Of a stretch of 64,000 bases of DNA, positions 34,882-48,012 are shown one piece after another. The translations under genes and the position numbers were made by a program. The notes under the pieces are model-generated. The model was not told the origin of the DNA and ran no database searches. It saw only the letters and a program-made list of their open reading frames with translations. Positions within the stretch are counted from its first letter, which is position 1. Every line of letters begins with the position of its first letter. Source of the stretch: Podarcis vaucheri (lineage: Eukaryota); assembly GCA_965113315.1 (NCBI GenBank), contig OZ220372.1; one strand, 5' to 3'.

Positions 34882-36024
34882 TCAAAATAAAAAAATTCCT
34901 TCCTGTAGCACCTTAAAGACCAACTAAGTTAGTTCTTGGTATAAGCTTTCGTGTGCATGCACACTTCTTCAGATACACTGAAACAGAAGTTGCCAGATCC
35001 TTCTATATATAGAGAGAAGCAGTCAATGTACAAGTCCAGTGTGGTATTGCGTCCATCAGGAGGGGTCCATGTGGAGTCCCCTTTTGTGTAACACTTTTTC
35101 AGTGGTAGTTGGTGGTCAGTGTTCTGTTGGGAGGGTGGTTGTTGTTCTCCAGTGGGTTGAGAGGTGTTGTGTTGTGAAGTTGTTGTTTGTTCTGATTTGT
35201 CTTGTTGTTGTGTGTGTTGAAAATACTCCTTCAGGCGAAAACGGCGGAAAAATGCTTCCAAGTCCCCGTAGAACTGGATCATGTGTGGGGATTTGGCAGG
35301 GCAGAATGACAGACCACGTGAAAGGACTGATTCCTCAGCTGGGCTGAGTGCTTGCTGTGAGAGATTGACAATATTGTTGATCTTGTTTTGATTAGTAGCC
35401 TGTAGGTTGGAAAGGTTAGAGAGTTTCTTGTTTTTCTGTTTTTTCAGTAGCTCCAGTTGAGAGTGGTAAATGTTTTGTTTTTCCTTTTGGAACTCTTGCC
35501 AAGCTTGGTGGTTCCTGATAGAGTTGTCTAATACAAGGAGTTCCTCCTTTATTAGCTTCTGTTTAGAGTAGAGAACGCTGATCAGATGTTTGAGCAGCTT
35601 CTTAGAGAAAGTGTTGCATAGTTTTCTTGCATATTCAGTGGGATACGTGGATTGTAGAGGGTTCTTAATTCTAAGACCCTTGGGTATAATGTCCAGGTTC
35701 TTGCATTTAGTAAGAAAGAAGATATCAGTCTGTACCTGTGCAAGTTTCTTGGTGAGGTTGATGGACTTCCATTTCATGCGGCTCAATGTGGTGCCTTCCA
35801 TGGTTCCAGTTACAGATGGGTAGCCGTGTTAATTCAATGTACAAGTCCAGTGTGGTATTGCGTCCATCAGGAGGGGTCCATGTGGAGTCCCTTTTTGTGT
35901 AACACTTTTTCAGTGGTAGTTGGTGGTCAGTGTTCTGTTGGGAGGGTGGTTGTTGTTCTCCAGTGGGTTGAGAGGTGTTGTGTTGTGAAGTTGTTGTTTG
36001 TTACGGCTACCCATCTGTAACTGG
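34882..36024 (-). mobile_element. Penelope-like element, internally deleted and rearranged
   Basis: ORF 34929-35801 encodes the PLE N-terminal region (FLTKCKNLDIIPKGL, IVNLSQQALSPAEESVLSRGLSFCP, FFRRFRLKEYF, WTPPDGRNTTLDLYIDCF), fused directly to pseudo-LTR sequence with no RT or GIY-YIG. 13-bp TSD AACCTAGTTATGG (34869-34881 / 36025-36037). Confidence 0.88.
34939..34976 (-). ncRNA. Minimal hammerhead ribozyme in the Penelope pseudo-LTR
   Basis: GUAU-CUGAAGA-A-GUGUGCAUGCACAC-GAAA-GCUUA-UAC: CUGANGA and GAAA cores, palindromic stem II, very short palindromic stem III (AGCU), and stem I GUA/UAC. Confidence 0.72.
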
Positions 36025-37191
36025 AACCTAGTTATGGGATATTGTTTGTATGGTTAAATTCACAAATATGATGAGAACAAGAGAAGGCAGAGGGTATTTA
36101 TAAAATGTAAAGTACAAACCTACACAATAACATATTTTGTCTAACCACAGTTTTTTAAAAACAGAAATATATATATATATAGTGCCATTAACAGACAAGT
36201 CCCAGGCAAGCTGGCTATACAGACTCAGCCCAGCTCTAGATTTAGGTATAACAGGAAGTGATGTCTTTTGGAATGTTCATGCCATGGAGGGCTTCCCAAT
36301 AATATAGGCATTTCAGCAGGCAATGCCCACATTCCTTTAATTTAAAAGGAAAGCATTGGCCACCATGTGGAGAGCATGTGGTCATATGCGTCTACACCCA
36401 GTGCTATTAGTCTACAAAAAGAGGGGCCTGCCAGAGCTCACCATGGACCTCTCCCGTCTCCTGTCAAAAAGGCAATGGTGCCCACCTGAGAGGTGCTGGA
36501 GCTGAACTCCTGCCTGAACCTTCAGTTTTATAATAATAAGGAATGCCCTCAGGCTGGAATTTCTGATCTGTGATTCTTACATGGAAGAAATGAGAATTCT
36601 CTTAAACAGAACAAGTGTCTAATCTTCAGAAGCAGCTTAGCACTGACCACTTTTGCTTTTTCATTAAAAGCTGCCAGACAGGTCACAATCTACATTTAAC
36701 ACAATCTGGGTTTAACCCTTACCATCCCCTTTCTTCCTGAAAATTTCTCCGACTGCTTCTATTTTCCCTAAAGGTGCTACTTACTGCATAAAAACAGTTT
36801 TGAAGGGCACATGGAAGCTGGGAAGCATTGTCCTGCAAGAAAATGTTGTGAGAAGTAAACTATTAAACCCCTGCCCTGAGCACCATGTTCCCAGTCTATC
36901 TGGAGCCCTGCATAGCTGCTTTTTCTCGAAAACAAAACATAAAAATAAAGTGCCCGGCACTGACACATTCTTTCCAAAATGAATTTGCATAATGTGTTGT
37001 CTGCTCCCAAATCAACTTGCCCATTCTTTGGACTAGAGCTACCCTTATGTTTCTGCCGCTTTAAGTGTAGGCCTCCTGATGGGAAGAAGGGAAGCCCAGA
37101 TAAGCAATTCCTGCCATAGATACAATAGGAACTATTCTCTGAAGGTGGGTAGGCCTACTGCTTTTCTACATAAGGAGCTGAATCCAATCTA

Positions 37192-37651
37192 CCGTATTTT
37201 TCGCCCCATAGGACACACTTTTTGCCCTCCAAAAATGAAGGGGAAATGTGTGTGCGTCCTATGGGGCGAATGCAGGCTTTTGCTGAAGCCTGGAGAGCGA
37301 GGGGGGTCGGTGCGCACCGACCCCTCTCGCTCTCCAGGCTTCAGGAAGCTCTCCGCAAGCCTGTTCTGGGGGCTGGGGTCGGGGGAAGCTCGGGCTTCCC
37401 CCGCCCCCAGCCCCACAAGCAAGCTCTAGGAGCGAAGGCAAGGGTGCGCAACCTCGCCATCGCTCCTGGACCCACAGCCCCGAGGCTAAAAACGAAGCCA
37501 GGACAGCGAGCGGGATCAATCTGTCATGGCTTCTTTGCTCTTTGGGGCTCGGGGGGGGGGGGAGAATAATTTTTTCCCCTCTTTATTCCCCCCCCCCAAA
37601 AAAATAAGTGTGCCCTATGGGCCGGTGCGCCCTATAGGGCGATAAATACGG
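37192..37651 (+). mobile_element. Tc1/mariner-pogo MITE (family 2)
   Basis: TA|CCGTATTTTTCGCCCCATAGGACACAC...CCTATAGGGCGATAAATACGG|TA. The first arm is near-identical to the reverse complement of 18155-18309. Confidence 0.88.
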
Positions 37652-40600
37652 TACATAATTCAACTACACCCAAAGAAGAACCATGGTACGATCGCCTTCT
37701 TGCACATAAGTGTGATGGAAGGGAGGCTAGACCAGTGCTGCTTCTTGTAGTCCTAACAGTGTGTCCGTAAATGACTGGAGGCCAATTCTGGATCCACACA
37801 TCCTTCCACAGAGGGGACATAGGAATTACTGGTGCAGTCAATAATGTTAATCAAGTATAACATTTCCGTATGGCAATAAGGCATTGTAGGAAAGTGTTGG
37901 CAAACTTTATCTCACAGATCACTACCTGGGGCATATGCATCTCCCATACTGGTAGTTCAGAAATGACCTTACTTTATTGATTCATTTGAAGGAGGCTACT
38001 GAAAGTGTGCCCCAGAAGTGTTGAGGGCGACCCTCAACTACATATTTTGCAAATATTGTTCTGTGCACAGAGAAAAGAGGTAATCTAGAGGCTGAGGGAT
38101 TGGGTCCTTGCACTAGCTTGACCATGAAGCTGCCGTTTGTAATAATCAGCAGACAGTTTCAATGGGTGGCCTTAAAGAAAATCACTATGTCACATCCCCA
38201 GCCAACCAAGATATGGGGATAATAATATTGATCTGTCTTTCAAGGCTATTCTAAGGCTTGGGATCACTAAGGCACTGTATACAAAGGCATTCAATTCTCT
38301 AAAAAGCAATTTCTATATGATAATTACTTAATATTTTGCATACATAGGCTTCCCCTTTCATTAAAATTGAAAGATTCGAAATGGAAAGATTACTTAATTC
38401 AGCTTTGAAGGTTACCCTATAGACATATCAAGAGTTGTAATGTAGTTAACATGTATAAATTGAACAAGTGGAGCCTGCAACAAAATGTTGCAGTGTGGAG
38501 TGGTCCAGCCATTCCATTCACCCCAGCTGAAAATTAATGAGAGATGTTAACTCAGGCTTCCAACCTGATCCTATGCATGTTTACTCTTATGTAAATCCCA
38601 CTGACAGAGGGGATTCATATAAGTGTATAAAGAACTGAAACAAGATCCCATACTCAGAAATCCTCCAGAGTTCACCAAGGTCAGTTCCCAAAGGAATGCA
38701 AGCTTCATTCACAGTTTTAGTTTTCAGTCCTTTGAATATGTGATAGCGCTAATGCCAAACTTTTCTTCTATGAACATGAGAGCTAGAGACATTTTTTAAA
38801 AAGAAAAAGGCTAGTTAGAATCAAAGAGACTCCTACAAAGGACTTCATCCCAGTGGAACAATTTGCCAGGCTTGAACATAATCACAAAGTACAAATACCC
38901 TCTAGAAATTATATGTACCTTTCACAAACTGATCATTGTTCTTCCACAACAACTGTGAAACCCAGGCCCTTAATGTGCCTGTCCACATAGATGCAGATAA
39001 ATAAAAACCTCATTTCCCCCCACCTTTCGTTAAGGGACAATGCAAAATAGTGAATTGGCAAAGACTACAGAATGAGGGTCGTGACTAGGTGAGAATATGA
39101 ACTCAAATCTCACCAGTCTCTTTCTAAATGGCATTCTCTCCCCCAATTCACCCAATGCCCTTCAGAGCAACTTCCAAGTTTTGTTGTTGTTTTTTAACTA
39201 TATTGTGGTTAAAGATGTAAAACATGAACATTTTAAAATAATTAGCCCAAGGCTTGATGAATCATTCTGTAAAAATAAATAAATAAATCCAGCATTAATT
39301 ACTACTCTGCCTGAATTCACTCACTGAGCAATGAGACACTGCTTAAAAATGTAGCCACTCTAGAAACCCCAAACAAAAAACCAAACCTTGAACCTGTATG
39401 TTCAAAACATGGAAAACTGACGGGCAATCTGAAAACAGGTCAAAATAATAAAATCACTTACAAAACTGAAAGAGAAGTTTCCAATCCTTTCCTTGCACAG
39501 TCATTTCTGGCTGTAATTATAATTACATACAAGAACCACAGAAAAGCATTTAACCAGTTGCTATGTATCATTACATAGAGTCTGTCGGATGACACACTAA
39601 TCTAATTACCGGTGTAGCTCACATCTGTGTAACTGAATTATCATGACTGCTCTTTTTTATTATTAGTTTGCACTTCTAGAAAGGTACAATATTATCTACA
39701 GAATTTCTTTCATTTATGATCATTGATACGGAATTTAATTATGTTCTCTGAGCTTGCTGTACTTAGGAAATTGGAAACTGTCTTCTCAAAATTAAAAAGG
39801 TACGTTGAAGAAATTAATGATCAGCTTACTCATCAGTGAACTTTTCAGCCATCATTTGCTTGAAGCTCAAACAAAGCCAACCAGCCACCCTCTTGCTCTC
39901 CTGATATTCATTCTACAAACATCTAATTCAAAAGGAGAAAATGCCAAGTGTGCCCTTTTGAAATCCTGGCTCTAGATTTTGACATTTACAATTTCAGCCC
40001 CGATACTTCAAGTCTACCTTCACATGTATGCTTTCTTTGTGCCATGAGAGAATATAAAATTGGGCAGATCAGTCTTATGGTCAGGATTAACCACCAGTGG
40101 CCCAACTAGTGATTTGCACAAGTTCAACTCACAAGTGAATGCACTTCTGGTCAGCAGATAGGAAATCTCTCACTTCTCTTTATTGTTAAAAGGGTTCTGC
40201 ACAGCCTTGTGACGTTGCTTCCACAGGACAGTTCTTACTAACAGATTATAACCATTAACACGGACAGAAAAAAGTGACATCGCTTTAGCTTTCCACTTGT
40301 TCTAGCATTACCTATGGCAGGGGTAGGGCAGAACAAGCTATTCTAGTGCTACAGACTGAGAATGAATACATTTCATACAAAGTCTTCACCCTTGTCATCT
40401 TTGTCACAAAGATCCTTGTGAGATACATCAAATTAACCAACCCATGGGAGGCTTTGATTCTATAACATCATCCCTGGTTTTACCTTGGCAACTGCAATAA
40501 TGCTAACAAAACTCATCTTCTGTAGCAAGCCTCTTGCGTACTTGTCCCCCCCCCCAACTGACTCCAAGTAAACACTCTGCATTTGCTCACCACCCTCCCC

Positions 40601-41291
40601 CCATCTCATCTCTCCCTTCAGCCCACTGACCTTATGCACGAACACTGGTGACACGGCATAAATAACAACAGCTACTTAACTTGTGCACTTTTTCCTAATG
40701 CCAACTGTGCTAATCTGATTAAAGAGGAATGAGAAGTCAGTTTTTAAGATCTGCGGATAACTGAGAAGACTTTTGTAGCTCGTGCATGCCCCTCCCCCGA
40801 AACCCTGATTTCTTCACTTTCTTGAGGAGGAGGGGATATCATTATCTTAGTACTTTAGCACCAACTCTTAGATTCCCTCAGACTCATGTACAGTGCAGCT
40901 GCAAAACCAAAAAATAATTCCTTCAATTGTCCCATGGCTAAATGCTTCCCAATATGCTTGTGAACAAATGAACAAGGCCTATTCAATGCTAGGCTCAATA
41001 GAAATGTTTTTGGAATGATTCCCTCAGGGGCATACTAGTGCAAAACATGAAACAGGAACTGGACAATCATATGGATTTGTTAGGATATAGTGTGTGCATA
41101 CAGATCTTTCCTGAAAATATAAAGTATGTGGATGGTCAGCCCTTATGTTGCAACCTGCAGATGTAGAAAAGATCCCACGGGAAACCGACATTACGGCCTA
41201 ATCCTAAGACTTACTACACTACCGACAAGACCTGTGACATGAGGTTTGCACTCTTAACAGGGTCTGTTCTGCCAGCACCTGGTCAACTTAC

Positions 41292-41557
41292 ATCTGAAGA
41301 TGAAGATTCGAGGACAATGCCAAATCCTGAAACCTGTGACTCCAACTTTGAGGATGATTCAGCAGCTTCCACACTAGAACTTTCAGAGTTTGCTGATAGC
41401 TTTTTTTCATTCTCTGCAGTGCTGGGCTTTTTATTCACAGTAAGAGGTTCAATAGTCTTTGGAGGTATTTTTTTCTTTTTATTTCTCTTTCTTGAAAGTG
41501 TTGATTTCTGTGTGCAAACCAGAGGAACTGGGGGCGGTTGTCTGTTCTGAGCAGCAA
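41292..41557 (-). CDS. BEND7: BEND7 exon containing the basic NLS-like RKRNKKKK motif
   Basis: (V)AAQNRQPPPVPLVCTQKSTLSRKRNKKKKIPPKTIEPLTV...GFGIVLESSSSD. Acceptor ttcag, donor gtaagt, 266 bp, phase 1 to 0. Confidence 0.95.
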
Positions 41558-42116
41558 CTGAAGAAAGAAAAACCTGTGAGTACACTTCCAAACGTGTATC
41601 AAAGATGACAGTTACCACAGCCCAGACTCCTGACCAGTTCCCACCCTCTTATCAGAACCAGCTGCTTGAACCAACAGCTGTGGGCGGAGCACTCTCTGTG
41701 GAGCCGTCAGCTGGGGAAGCTGCTATGGGGAACATGGCATAACGCAAAAATCATGCTGACACTGAGATCATGCCCACACTCAACACCCTGTTGCTGCTGT
41801 TGTCTAATAACAACAGGAACATTCCTCAGTACTGTACCAGGAAATATGCAACTTGGCCACAACACTCTTATTTCATGGAAATCGCTTAGATGTTGCCTGC
41901 ACATTTTGCCCCATAAGTTTCTTTCTAGGAGGGCTAGAGACTCACTTTTTTCAAAAAGGAAAGCTCAGAGTACCTGTGGGCACTGGGTTGGCAACCCCTG
42001 ATCCATACCATCTGGGCAGCAGTCTTTCTTTAAGACCTATGCTTCCATGAAAAGGCACTTATCTGTCTGCAGACTGAAAATTATACCTTAATAGTTGAAA
42101 AGACAGACTATCATAC

Positions 42117-42239
42117 CTGCTTGGATCTGCATTATCTTTCTCATGGTTTTAAGCTCCTGAAGAATGGCTTGCAATGCTGGCTGGCAATTACAAGTGCAAC
42201 AATTTGAGCCAGAGGACGTATTAGCCACCGGAATTTCTC
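42117..42239 (-). CDS. BEND7: BEND7 exon
   Basis: (G)EIPVANTSSGSNCCTCNCQPALQAILQELKTMRKIMQIQA. Acceptor ttcag, donor gtatga, 123 bp. Confidence 0.95.
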
Positions 42240-42954
42240 CTGAAGAAAAAAGGGAAATGAAAACAGTGATGCCGGGCAAGAATGTCTTCACAGGGTTTTA
42301 ATGCTGTCTGATACATGCTGTTAGGAAATTGAAACCTAAAATTAAAATCTCCACTGTGAGGTGGCGGCGGCAGGGGTGTGCTTTGCCATTCCCCTCCCCA
42401 CACAAATAACGTTCCATGGTATAGTGAAGTCTGCACAAAACAGCAAACACAATGTAAGCTCACAGCAGGCCTCCTTATTGTCAAACTAGTTCATGGTGGA
42501 TAACAAGAGCACTGAAGCTCATTACAGAAACAGTTGCTCTATCATGCGCGGAACAACCCAGAAAGGCCCTTCCTCCATATGACAATACCCTTAGAAAGAA
42601 TGAGATGGCTGTGTAATAAGTTATTTAATAAAGAACTAACAAGTCTAAAATGGATTGAACGCCGCTTGTTGCTTCACAGTATTAAAAATTAAAAGAACAG
42701 AGTCCTCCATCATCAATTTCCATGAACAGAGAAGTTCTATGAAGGCCGAAAATATCCACAGCTTTCCCTTTCATTGTGACGGTGAACTCCTACTTCCCAG
42801 TTTCTTTTCAAGTATTGCTGTTGAAGGTTGTCAACCATCCTACTCCTGCACTTCATACTGTCTCCAGGATGCGTTTGTTAAATTTATATTTGCTATATAA
42901 CCTGCTTCCCAACTCAAGCCTGAAAGCTTCCTGCACTTGATTTCAGGAGGCCCA

Positions 42955-43090
42955 GGAAGACAGAAGGCAGCCTTGCACTGAGTCAGGCCATAGGCCTCCC
43001 TAGTTCAGTCCTGTCTACACGGACCGGCAGAGGCTTTCCAGGGATTCAGCCCAAACTGGAGGTGCCAGGGATTGAACCTGGAACCTTTAA
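42955..43090 (-). mobile_element. Degraded tRNA-derived SINE fragment
   Basis: GGGATTGAACCTGG (reverse B box) and a body similar to the copies at about 49465-49605 and 54495-54670. Confidence 0.55.
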
Positions 43091-43814
43091 AACAGAAAGG
43101 ATGTGCGTTCCCATGGCTCCTGGCTGCTGAGAAACGGAGACCTTGCCACCCTGGGCTCAGGTATCAATTTCTGTATTTAAAAACAAGGGTCTTTTCAGAT
43201 GTTTCCAGCACAACTAATGTCAGTTGCTACATGAAGTCCAGGTAAAATGACTGTGGAGAAAGTGTTTCCATGATGGGGTCAATATAACAGGTCAGTGGCA
43301 GGGACCTAATCATGCCAGGCAGGGGCCCTACTTAGGTCTGTGAGGCCGTTTCCCCCAAACCATGCCCACTTGCCCCACACCTAACAGCATTATGTGACAT
43401 CAAGAGTGGGGCAAGTAAAGATGTGTCTGGGATTGGCTACCCTAGAGAGCTGCACATTGGGAACTTCCAACGGAAGTGGATGGGGCTGCTGACAGCACAC
43501 GTTAAAGCTCTCAGCATTGAACAGCTGACAGCAATGAGCAAAAGCCCCTCTGACTGCTTGCAGGCACAGTGTGGCTCCAAACCACCTGCCATGGGGCCTT
43601 CCAAGGGGCTTGCTCTCAGCGCTGATCAGCTGATCGATGCTGAAAGCACACCCCTTGTTATTACATATGAACGGTGGCACAGGAATATTTTAATAAACAA
43701 AGCCCTTTTTCAATAACACAAAGGGTTGCACAATAAAAGAATGGAAAAACCAAAAACAGCCTAAATGTATATTTCAGCAGGAAAGAAGCATTTGTCATCC
43801 GCCTCTTTCCTACG

Positions 43815-44112
43815 CCCCCTCTCCCTGAGAGGTTCGGAAGGTGACAACATGAGAACGGGCCTTTTCTGTGGTGGTTCCCCGTCTGTGGAACGCTCTCCCC
43901 AGAGAGGCTCGCTGGGCACCATCATTATATGTCTTTAGGTGGCAGGTGAAAACATTCAGCTTTACCCAAACATTTGGCCATTAAATAATTTGTGGCCTGT
44001 TAAATTGAGGGACTGTTATTATTATGCTGCATGAATTATGTTTTCAATGTTGTACAGTGCCCTGAGATCTTTGGATAAAGGGTGGTATATTGATCAAATA
44101 GATAAATAAATA
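43815..44112 (+). mobile_element. L2 LINE 3' end fragment
   Basis: GGGCCTTTTCTGTGGTGG...CTGTGGAACGCTCTCCCCAGAGAGG, ending GGGTGGTATAT...(TAAA)n. Confidence 0.65.
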
Positions 44113-45479
44113 AAACAAAACTAGTCCCAGATACCTTAGGAAGGATCTTCAGAGCCAAAGCTACCTTTCACAAGGCAACGGAAAGAAAAGTATGCAGCTA
44201 AGCATGCATCTATCTAGCAAGGAGTTCCACAAGACTGGAAAAAAGAAGGCCTTGTTTGAACATGCAGGTTGTCAGAGAGAAAACACCAGGATAACCACAA
44301 ATCCTCAACAGGTCACTGAACTTGTATGAGCCTGTTTTAGTATATAGCCTCCTGCTCAAGAACTATAATTCCATTGGCTTTGCACGTTACTAGTTCCCAG
44401 TTCATTCTGCAGCAGAGTCTTTATATTTCCTAACTGTCTGTACAGCAAGGTTTAATCAAACAATATAAAACAAATATTATTAGGGCTATGAAACAGAGCA
44501 CTATAAGGAAAAAAACCCTGTCTTTTTCAGCTATTCTGCCTATTAAAAAGAATATTTTAAAACGGAGTCTGTCTGTGTTGTGTGTCTTAGAGAACTAAGC
44601 TTAGCAAATAAATATTATTTTATGAATTTGTCCCTTTCCTTTTCCAAGTTTTTAATATTCTGGTGAATATCGTGATAAAATTTTGACAAAGCAAACCTTG
44701 GAATAAATTCATGCTCATCTTTTCTGCTACAAATATAATGCATTACTAATGAGGTCTGCAGGTACTGAAGCCCCATTTGAAAACCAAAAGTTCTGCTTTC
44801 CTACTGAGGCATGGGGGATTTACATTATAATTCCCATTAGCATTGATAGAAATTACCCATGTAAATCTACCCTGTGTACAGTAAATGGAAAAAAGAGACC
44901 ACCCAATATTTCAAATCAAAAGCAGGGCTCTGCTAACTTCATGCATATTTATGGAGATTTTTTTAAAGAACCCAAAAAGCATTTCCATCATTTTTCTTCA
45001 AATCAACAAGAGTAAAACAGAACACTTTACAGAATGTTCTTATTCAATGTTCAAAGCATCACCTAAAGAATAAAAGCACTTTTGTCTGTTTATTAAATTT
45101 AACAATTTTTTAAAAATTCATTTCTCACTTTTTAAGACTACTTGTAGTGACAAATCTTAAGAACCACCTCTTGCTTTGCTCCTCCCTCTATATTATGGAA
45201 GGAAGCCAATGTGAAATATTTTGGCTTGCACAGCAGCCCAACAGCAGGAGCAATTAAAAAAAAATATTAAAGGCTATGTTTTTCTATCTTCGCAGATGCC
45301 TTTCAGACAGAAAAGTCAATATGTGAGTACCACAACTGTATTCCCAATATTCATATGGAAAATATCATAGCAAGCCTAGTAGCACCTTTAAAAACAAAAG
45401 AAGCCAAAAGCAGCTGCCAGTTTCTCTGGCTCAATTAACAAAAGCCATCTCCATGAAACAGATTGCCCACAGCCTGGAC

Positions 45480-45842
45480 CAGGGCTCCTCAAACTTCTTT
45501 GGCCTGTTGCTCCCTTTTAAGAAACAAAATTACTCCGTGCCCCCCTGGAAATCTACCTTCTTTTAAGTGAACAAACAGAAATATGAATTCTTTTATGTAT
45601 CTCTATTTCTACCTATGTCCTACAACATAGTAAAGAAATATGTTGTTGTAAATAAGACCCCTTATTCATTCCACAACAAATGAAACACATACGAACAGTT
45701 TTTAAAAAACTAAACAAGGAAGTTGACTAGGCATTATAAACCCATGAAGCGGACCGAGTGAAGCCGGCCGGTTCAGTCTGATCCACCCCAGGGATGGAGC
45801 TGGCGCCTCAGTCCACCTGCCATTGGCCAGTGGGAAACACTG
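45480..45842. mobile_element. Degraded hAT MITE
   Basis: CAGGGCTCCTCAAAC...GGGAAACACTG. Flanks GCCTGGAC / GCCTAGAA match 6 of 8. Confidence 0.55.
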
Positions 45843-45989
45843 GCCTAGAAATTACTGGAACAAGGACCGGTCCTATTGTTGGGCATCATGAGGCAGGAGA
45901 TTTTTGGTGCTATTAAGGGTGGTCAAGTTGTCAGTAATAAGCTTATTTTTTATAAAGAAGATGCCATCTGCTTTGCATGGAATGGCTCA

Positions 45990-46273
45990 CGAAGAAGAAG
46001 AAGAAGAAGAAGAAGAAGAAGAAGAAGAGGAGGAGGAGTTTGGATTTGATATCCCGCCTTTCACTCCCCTTCAGGAGTCTCAAAGCGGCTCACATTCTCC
46101 TTTCCCTTCCTCCCCCACAACAAACACTCTGTGAGGTGAGTGGGGCTGAGAGACTTCACAGAAGTGTGACTGGCCCAAGGTCACCCAGCAGCTGCAGGTG
46201 GAGGAGCGGAGACACGAACCCGGTTCACCAGATTACGAGACTACCGCTCTTAACCACTACACCACACTGGCTC
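45990..46273 (-). mobile_element. Squam3-like tRNA-derived SINE with (CTT)n/(CTC)n tail
   Basis: Minus-strand head GCCAGTGTGGTGTAGTGGTTAAGAGC...CGGGTTCG (A and B boxes), MIR-like core GGGTGACCTTGGGCCAGTCAC, and (GAA)n on the plus strand at 45990-46037. Confidence 0.8.
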
Positions 46274-46612
46274 CACCACTACACCACACTAGGTTGTTCT
46301 ATGTGTTCAGATATCAACAACAGGACCCAGTTGGATGCGCCATTCTCAAGATTACAACCACTGGGCAGAACAGGAACAATCAAAAGCCTTAGTAAAATAA
46401 AAATCTGTATGAAGATGAAACATATGCAAAAGCCATATAGTTTTAACTCACGTTTGGTCTTATTTCACACCACTTAGAGACGACTGTGATTAAGTGGTAT
46501 ACAAATTGTTAGAATAAAGTAAATACATAAATAACCCCAGATATCTCGGATTGCAGTTGTTTATTACCATGGAATGAGTTGTGTAGGCAATACCTAATTC
46601 AAGATTGGCACA

Positions 46613-46743
46613 GAATCATAGAATTGTAGAGTTGGAAGAGATCCCAAGGTTATCTAGTCCAAGCCCCTGTAATGCAGGAATCTCAGCTAAAGCATCCCTC
46701 CTAGATGGCCATCCAACCTCTGCTTAAAATCCTCCAAGGAAGG
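46613..46743 (-). mobile_element. CR1 3' end fragment
   Basis: AGAATCATAGAATTGTAGAGTTGGAAG...CCATCCAACCTCTGCTTAAAA. Confidence 0.75.
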
Positions 46744-47099
46744 TTTCACAGCACACTAACCTGTAGTACTCACTAGAACACATATTGGCCCCTGAAGGGA
46801 AGTGATATGATTTGCCTTAAGGGACTCTGTCTATGCCAAGGGCCAATTCAGGAATGAATTCAATAACCAAGCAGACTCAGGGAGACACAAGGGGCCTCAA
46901 CTGGCCTGCTGACTTCAAACCTTGCCTCATGGACCTTGCGGTCTTGTTGTAAAGCAGCCTTTGCCACCCTGGTGCCTGCAGCTGCTTTGCACTACAACTC
47001 CCATCATCCCCAGCTACTTGCTCCTTTCCACATTAATGTGTTATACATTTGATGCTAGCCATGCTGAGCCCAGTTTTGGCCGGGGAGGGTGGGGTATAA

Positions 47100-47147
<48 letters not shown>
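47100..47147. repeat. (ATT)n microsatellite at the end of a degraded repeat
   Basis: About 15 perfect ATT units. Confidence 0.95.
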
Positions 47148-47657
47148 TATCTCCCTTCTATTCTTTTATCTTCTCTATCCTGTGAAGACACTTCTGCCCA
47201 ATAACAGGACTTGCCCAGTCAGTTAAAGCATGCCACAAACACGTTTGATCCTTTGTACAGACTCTGCCCCTCAGGTCTCAATTCAAAGACCATAGCATCT
47301 CTTTCTCTCTCTCTCTCCAGGAAAGGAGGAATGCTGCACAATAACTGGGTTGCTCTTTGCCCCTGTTCCTGGGTACAGTGTGCGTACTCAGCGCTGGAGA
47401 GGAGCAGTTCTCTGTCTTCAGAGGAAAAGGCTCATTAAATGGCGAGTCACTGCCACAGCGGAAGAAGATAGCCTTGGTGGTGCTAGCCACTTTTTTGGAC
47501 TCAAGTCCCAGTATGAGAGCACCAGCTATCCTGAAGGAATGCATCCGATCCCACACAAAGACAAGAAACAATTGGAAACCTAAACACTTTGAGCACATGG
47601 AACTCTTCTCTTGCTCCACCACATTAAGAAAGCAGCCATATGACTGGAAACACAATA

Positions 47658-48012
47658 CAGTGGTGCCTTGCAAGACGAAATTAATTCGTTCCGCGAGCTT
47701 TGTCGTCTTGCGATTTTTTTCGTCTTGCGAAGCACAGTGTCAGGAAAGTTTTGGAAAAGCTTCAAAAATCACCAAAGTCTTTAAAAACCTCAAAAAAGGC
47801 TACCACACCGCGTTCTATGAGTTGCTCCTCGAAGTCAAGTCGCAACTGTATTAACAGTGTTAAGAAAAAGGAAACAAACTTGCAAGACGTTTCCATCTTG
47901 CGAAGCAAGCCCATAGGGAAAATCGTCTTGCGAAGCAGCTCAAAAAACAAAAAACCCTTTCGTCTTGCAAGTTTTTTGTCTTGCGAGGCATTCGTCTTGC
48001 GAGGTACCACTG
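47658..48012 (-). mobile_element. Tigger/pogo-type MITE (family 3)
   Basis: Reverse-complement copy of 28052-28413 with TA TSDs. Confidence 0.88.
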
